DNA of 63,992 bases, the filler included, from Stramenopiles sp. TOSAG23-3 (lineage: Eukaryota), in assembly GCA_900128585.1 (NCBI GenBank). It is 5 parts of 5 records of this genome, joined end to end, with 100 filler letters (N's around TTAATTAATTAA, not from the genome) between each part and the next. Parts side by side here need not be neighbours in the genome. Positions count along the whole stretch, not along the records: positions 53,280 to 63,992 come from LT642793.1; 4 more parts are not named here. One strand, 5' to 3'. Below are positions 62,709 through 63,992 of the stretch, one piece after another (position 1 is the stretch's first letter; each line of letters begins with the position of its first letter). The translations under genes and the position numbers were made by a program. Below the pieces are notes generated by a model. The model worked only from the letters and a program-made list of their open reading frames with translations. It had not been told where the DNA came from and ran no database searches.

Positions 62709-62790
62709 GGGGGGGTCCCGAGTACAGGTGTACCTTGGTATTATAGGAATTAATTATACCAGGTACGGGGGGGTCCCGAGTACAGGTGTA
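62709..62790. repeat. 24-bp direct repeat pair flanking an imperfect hairpin
   Basis: GGGGGGGTCCCGAGTACAGGTGTA at 62709-62732 and 62767-62790. Confidence 0.9.
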
Positions 62791-62935
62791 TTGTAGAGGA
62801 ACGTTAATAATATTCTGAAAGGACTCAAGCTGGGTATTGAAGACAAAATTTTTCGTGTAGATAATTGATACAAAGGGTTTAAGTTTGTAAACAGAAGAAT
62901 TTAAGTTTGTAAACAGAAAAATCGAATTAGTTCAC

Positions 62936-63592
62936 ATGGTTCGTTTGGCTTTGGCAGGCGTGGTTGCACTTACTTTGTTGTGTGCGGGTGTGTCAGAAGA
63001 GGTAAGGAAGCAGCCTTTGGTTGTTCCAGACGAGAGTGGGCGTGTGTGTGTGTATTCGAGGGATGTAAAGTCTATGAAGAGGCGGAAACTTCAAATTGTC
63101 AAGGACTATTCGGTATGTAACGATTTTAGTCGTAGCAGGTGCATCTACGATAGAGAGCTTCGCCACTGTATTCCGAAGATGTTGCTTGACAGTGATGAAG
63201 ACGTTGTTTCCTCGCCGCTGACGGTGGAGGAATGCAAGAAGAGGTGTGCCACTGTAAGTTGCGCCAGCAGGTGCGAGGGAATGGGGTTCGATGATGCCCC
63301 AGCAGGGACGAAAGAAAAGACCAACCAGAAGGGCATGGGTAAACTCAAACTCTGCGTTAACCGCTGTGCAACTCGCAGCTGCAAGGACAGGTGCTTTTCC
63401 ATGGGCTATGTAGATTTTGGGACCCTAAAGGCTGAGCGGCGGCGGGTGAAGTCATGCGTGCGCCAGTGTGTCACACGAAACTGCGTTAACAGGTGCTTCG
63501 CGGCGGGGTTGACGAAAAACATGGGTGAAACAAAGCTGTACAGACAGTTAAAAATGGCACAAGAGAAGAGAAAACGTAAACGTAAAATATAA
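62936..63592 (+). CDS. Secreted Cys-rich protein with three CxxxCxTxxCxxRCxxxG repeats
   Basis: Signal peptide; CKKRCATVSCASRCEGMG, CVNRCATRSCKDRCFSMG, CVRQCVTRNCVNRCFAAG; basic C-terminus. Confidence 0.75.
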   Translation: MVRLALAGVVALTLLCAGVSEEVRKQPLVVPDESGRVCVYSRDVKSMKRRKLQIVKDYSVCNDFSRSRCIYDRELRHCIPKMLLDSDEDVVSSPLTVEECKKRCATVSCASRCEGMGFDDAPAGTKEKTNQKGMGKLKLCVNRCATRSCKDRCFSMGYVDFGTLKAERRRVKSCVRQCVTRNCVNRCFAAGLTKNMGETKLYRQLKMAQEKRKRKRKI

Positions 63593-63750
63593 TGATGCAT
63601 TTTTTTGATATCACGGCATTCTTTCTCTCCAGTTTCAAACGAAAATTGGTAAATTATTATATAGGTAAACATAGGTACGTTTATTAGTATACTATATTAT
63701 TATTCTATTATTTTTTCAAGGGAGACGTTGCGACGAGAGCAAGGATGCAA

Positions 63751-63992
63751 GTATCTTTGGCGCGGAATTGAAAAATGGTTAACAACTTTGTGTTAACTAT
63801 TTCAAACGAAGAGATCTTAATGAAAAAAGGATAATTTTTATAAATTTAAACCGCCAGAAGTGCTTTCTAATATATAAAAGTATGCCAGAATGGTTCATTT
63901 TTCTAACGCTAAGAAATGAATAAGTGTTTGTTAGGGTGGCGTTTGGTCTAAATCGCCCATTTCACAAAAAATTGTCCCTAGGAACCGTAATT
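63751..63992 (+). ncRNA. Dispersed ~490-bp element, copy 4 (truncated by window end)
   Basis: Collinear with the first ~240 nt of copies 1 and 2. Confidence 0.55.

Noticed and set aside
62709-62790. Mini CRISPR array (24-bp repeats, 34-bp spacer)
   Set aside because: Only two repeats, no cas genes and a eukaryotic context.
1-63992. tRNA or rRNA genes
   Set aside because: No cloverleaf or rRNA signature noticed by eye; tRNAscan-SE and barrnap would be needed to exclude them.

Overview
Eukaryotic, gene-dense, apparently intron-poor DNA from a flagellated protist; a stramenopile is suggested by the Na+/K+-ATPase loop and gene content (inference). The window is not one locus. It is five contigs of about 13.2 kb (1-13226, 13327-26551, 26652-39869, 39970-53179, 53280-end) joined by artificial 100-bp N44-TTAATTAATTAA-N44 spacers. 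About 25 protein genes are present: a broken axonemal dynein heavy chain, AlkB-like dioxygenase, lipase maturation factor, 6x helicase-associated-repeat protein, 7TM protein, SHAQKYF MYB, MpaB-type oxygenase/Mpv17 fusion, P2C Na+/K+-ATPase, WDR81-like BEACH protein, SH3-PDZ protein, TCUP/TML-like EH fusion, HIBCH, mitochondrial carrier, CD2BP2-like, threonine synthase, lipase, Rab5-like GTPase, ICL/PEPM-family lyase and hypothetical proteins. The strongest novel signal is a ~490-bp non-coding element on four of the five contigs (8072, 33336, 53077, 63751). Its copies are diverged but nearly indel-free, and their substitutions preserve G.U-inclusive base pairing in several helices, including a palindromic loop hexamer. 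This points to a multicopy large structured RNA. A second modular repeat family sits 3' of genes, and a perfect 79-bp inverted repeat brackets the dynein/AlkB block.
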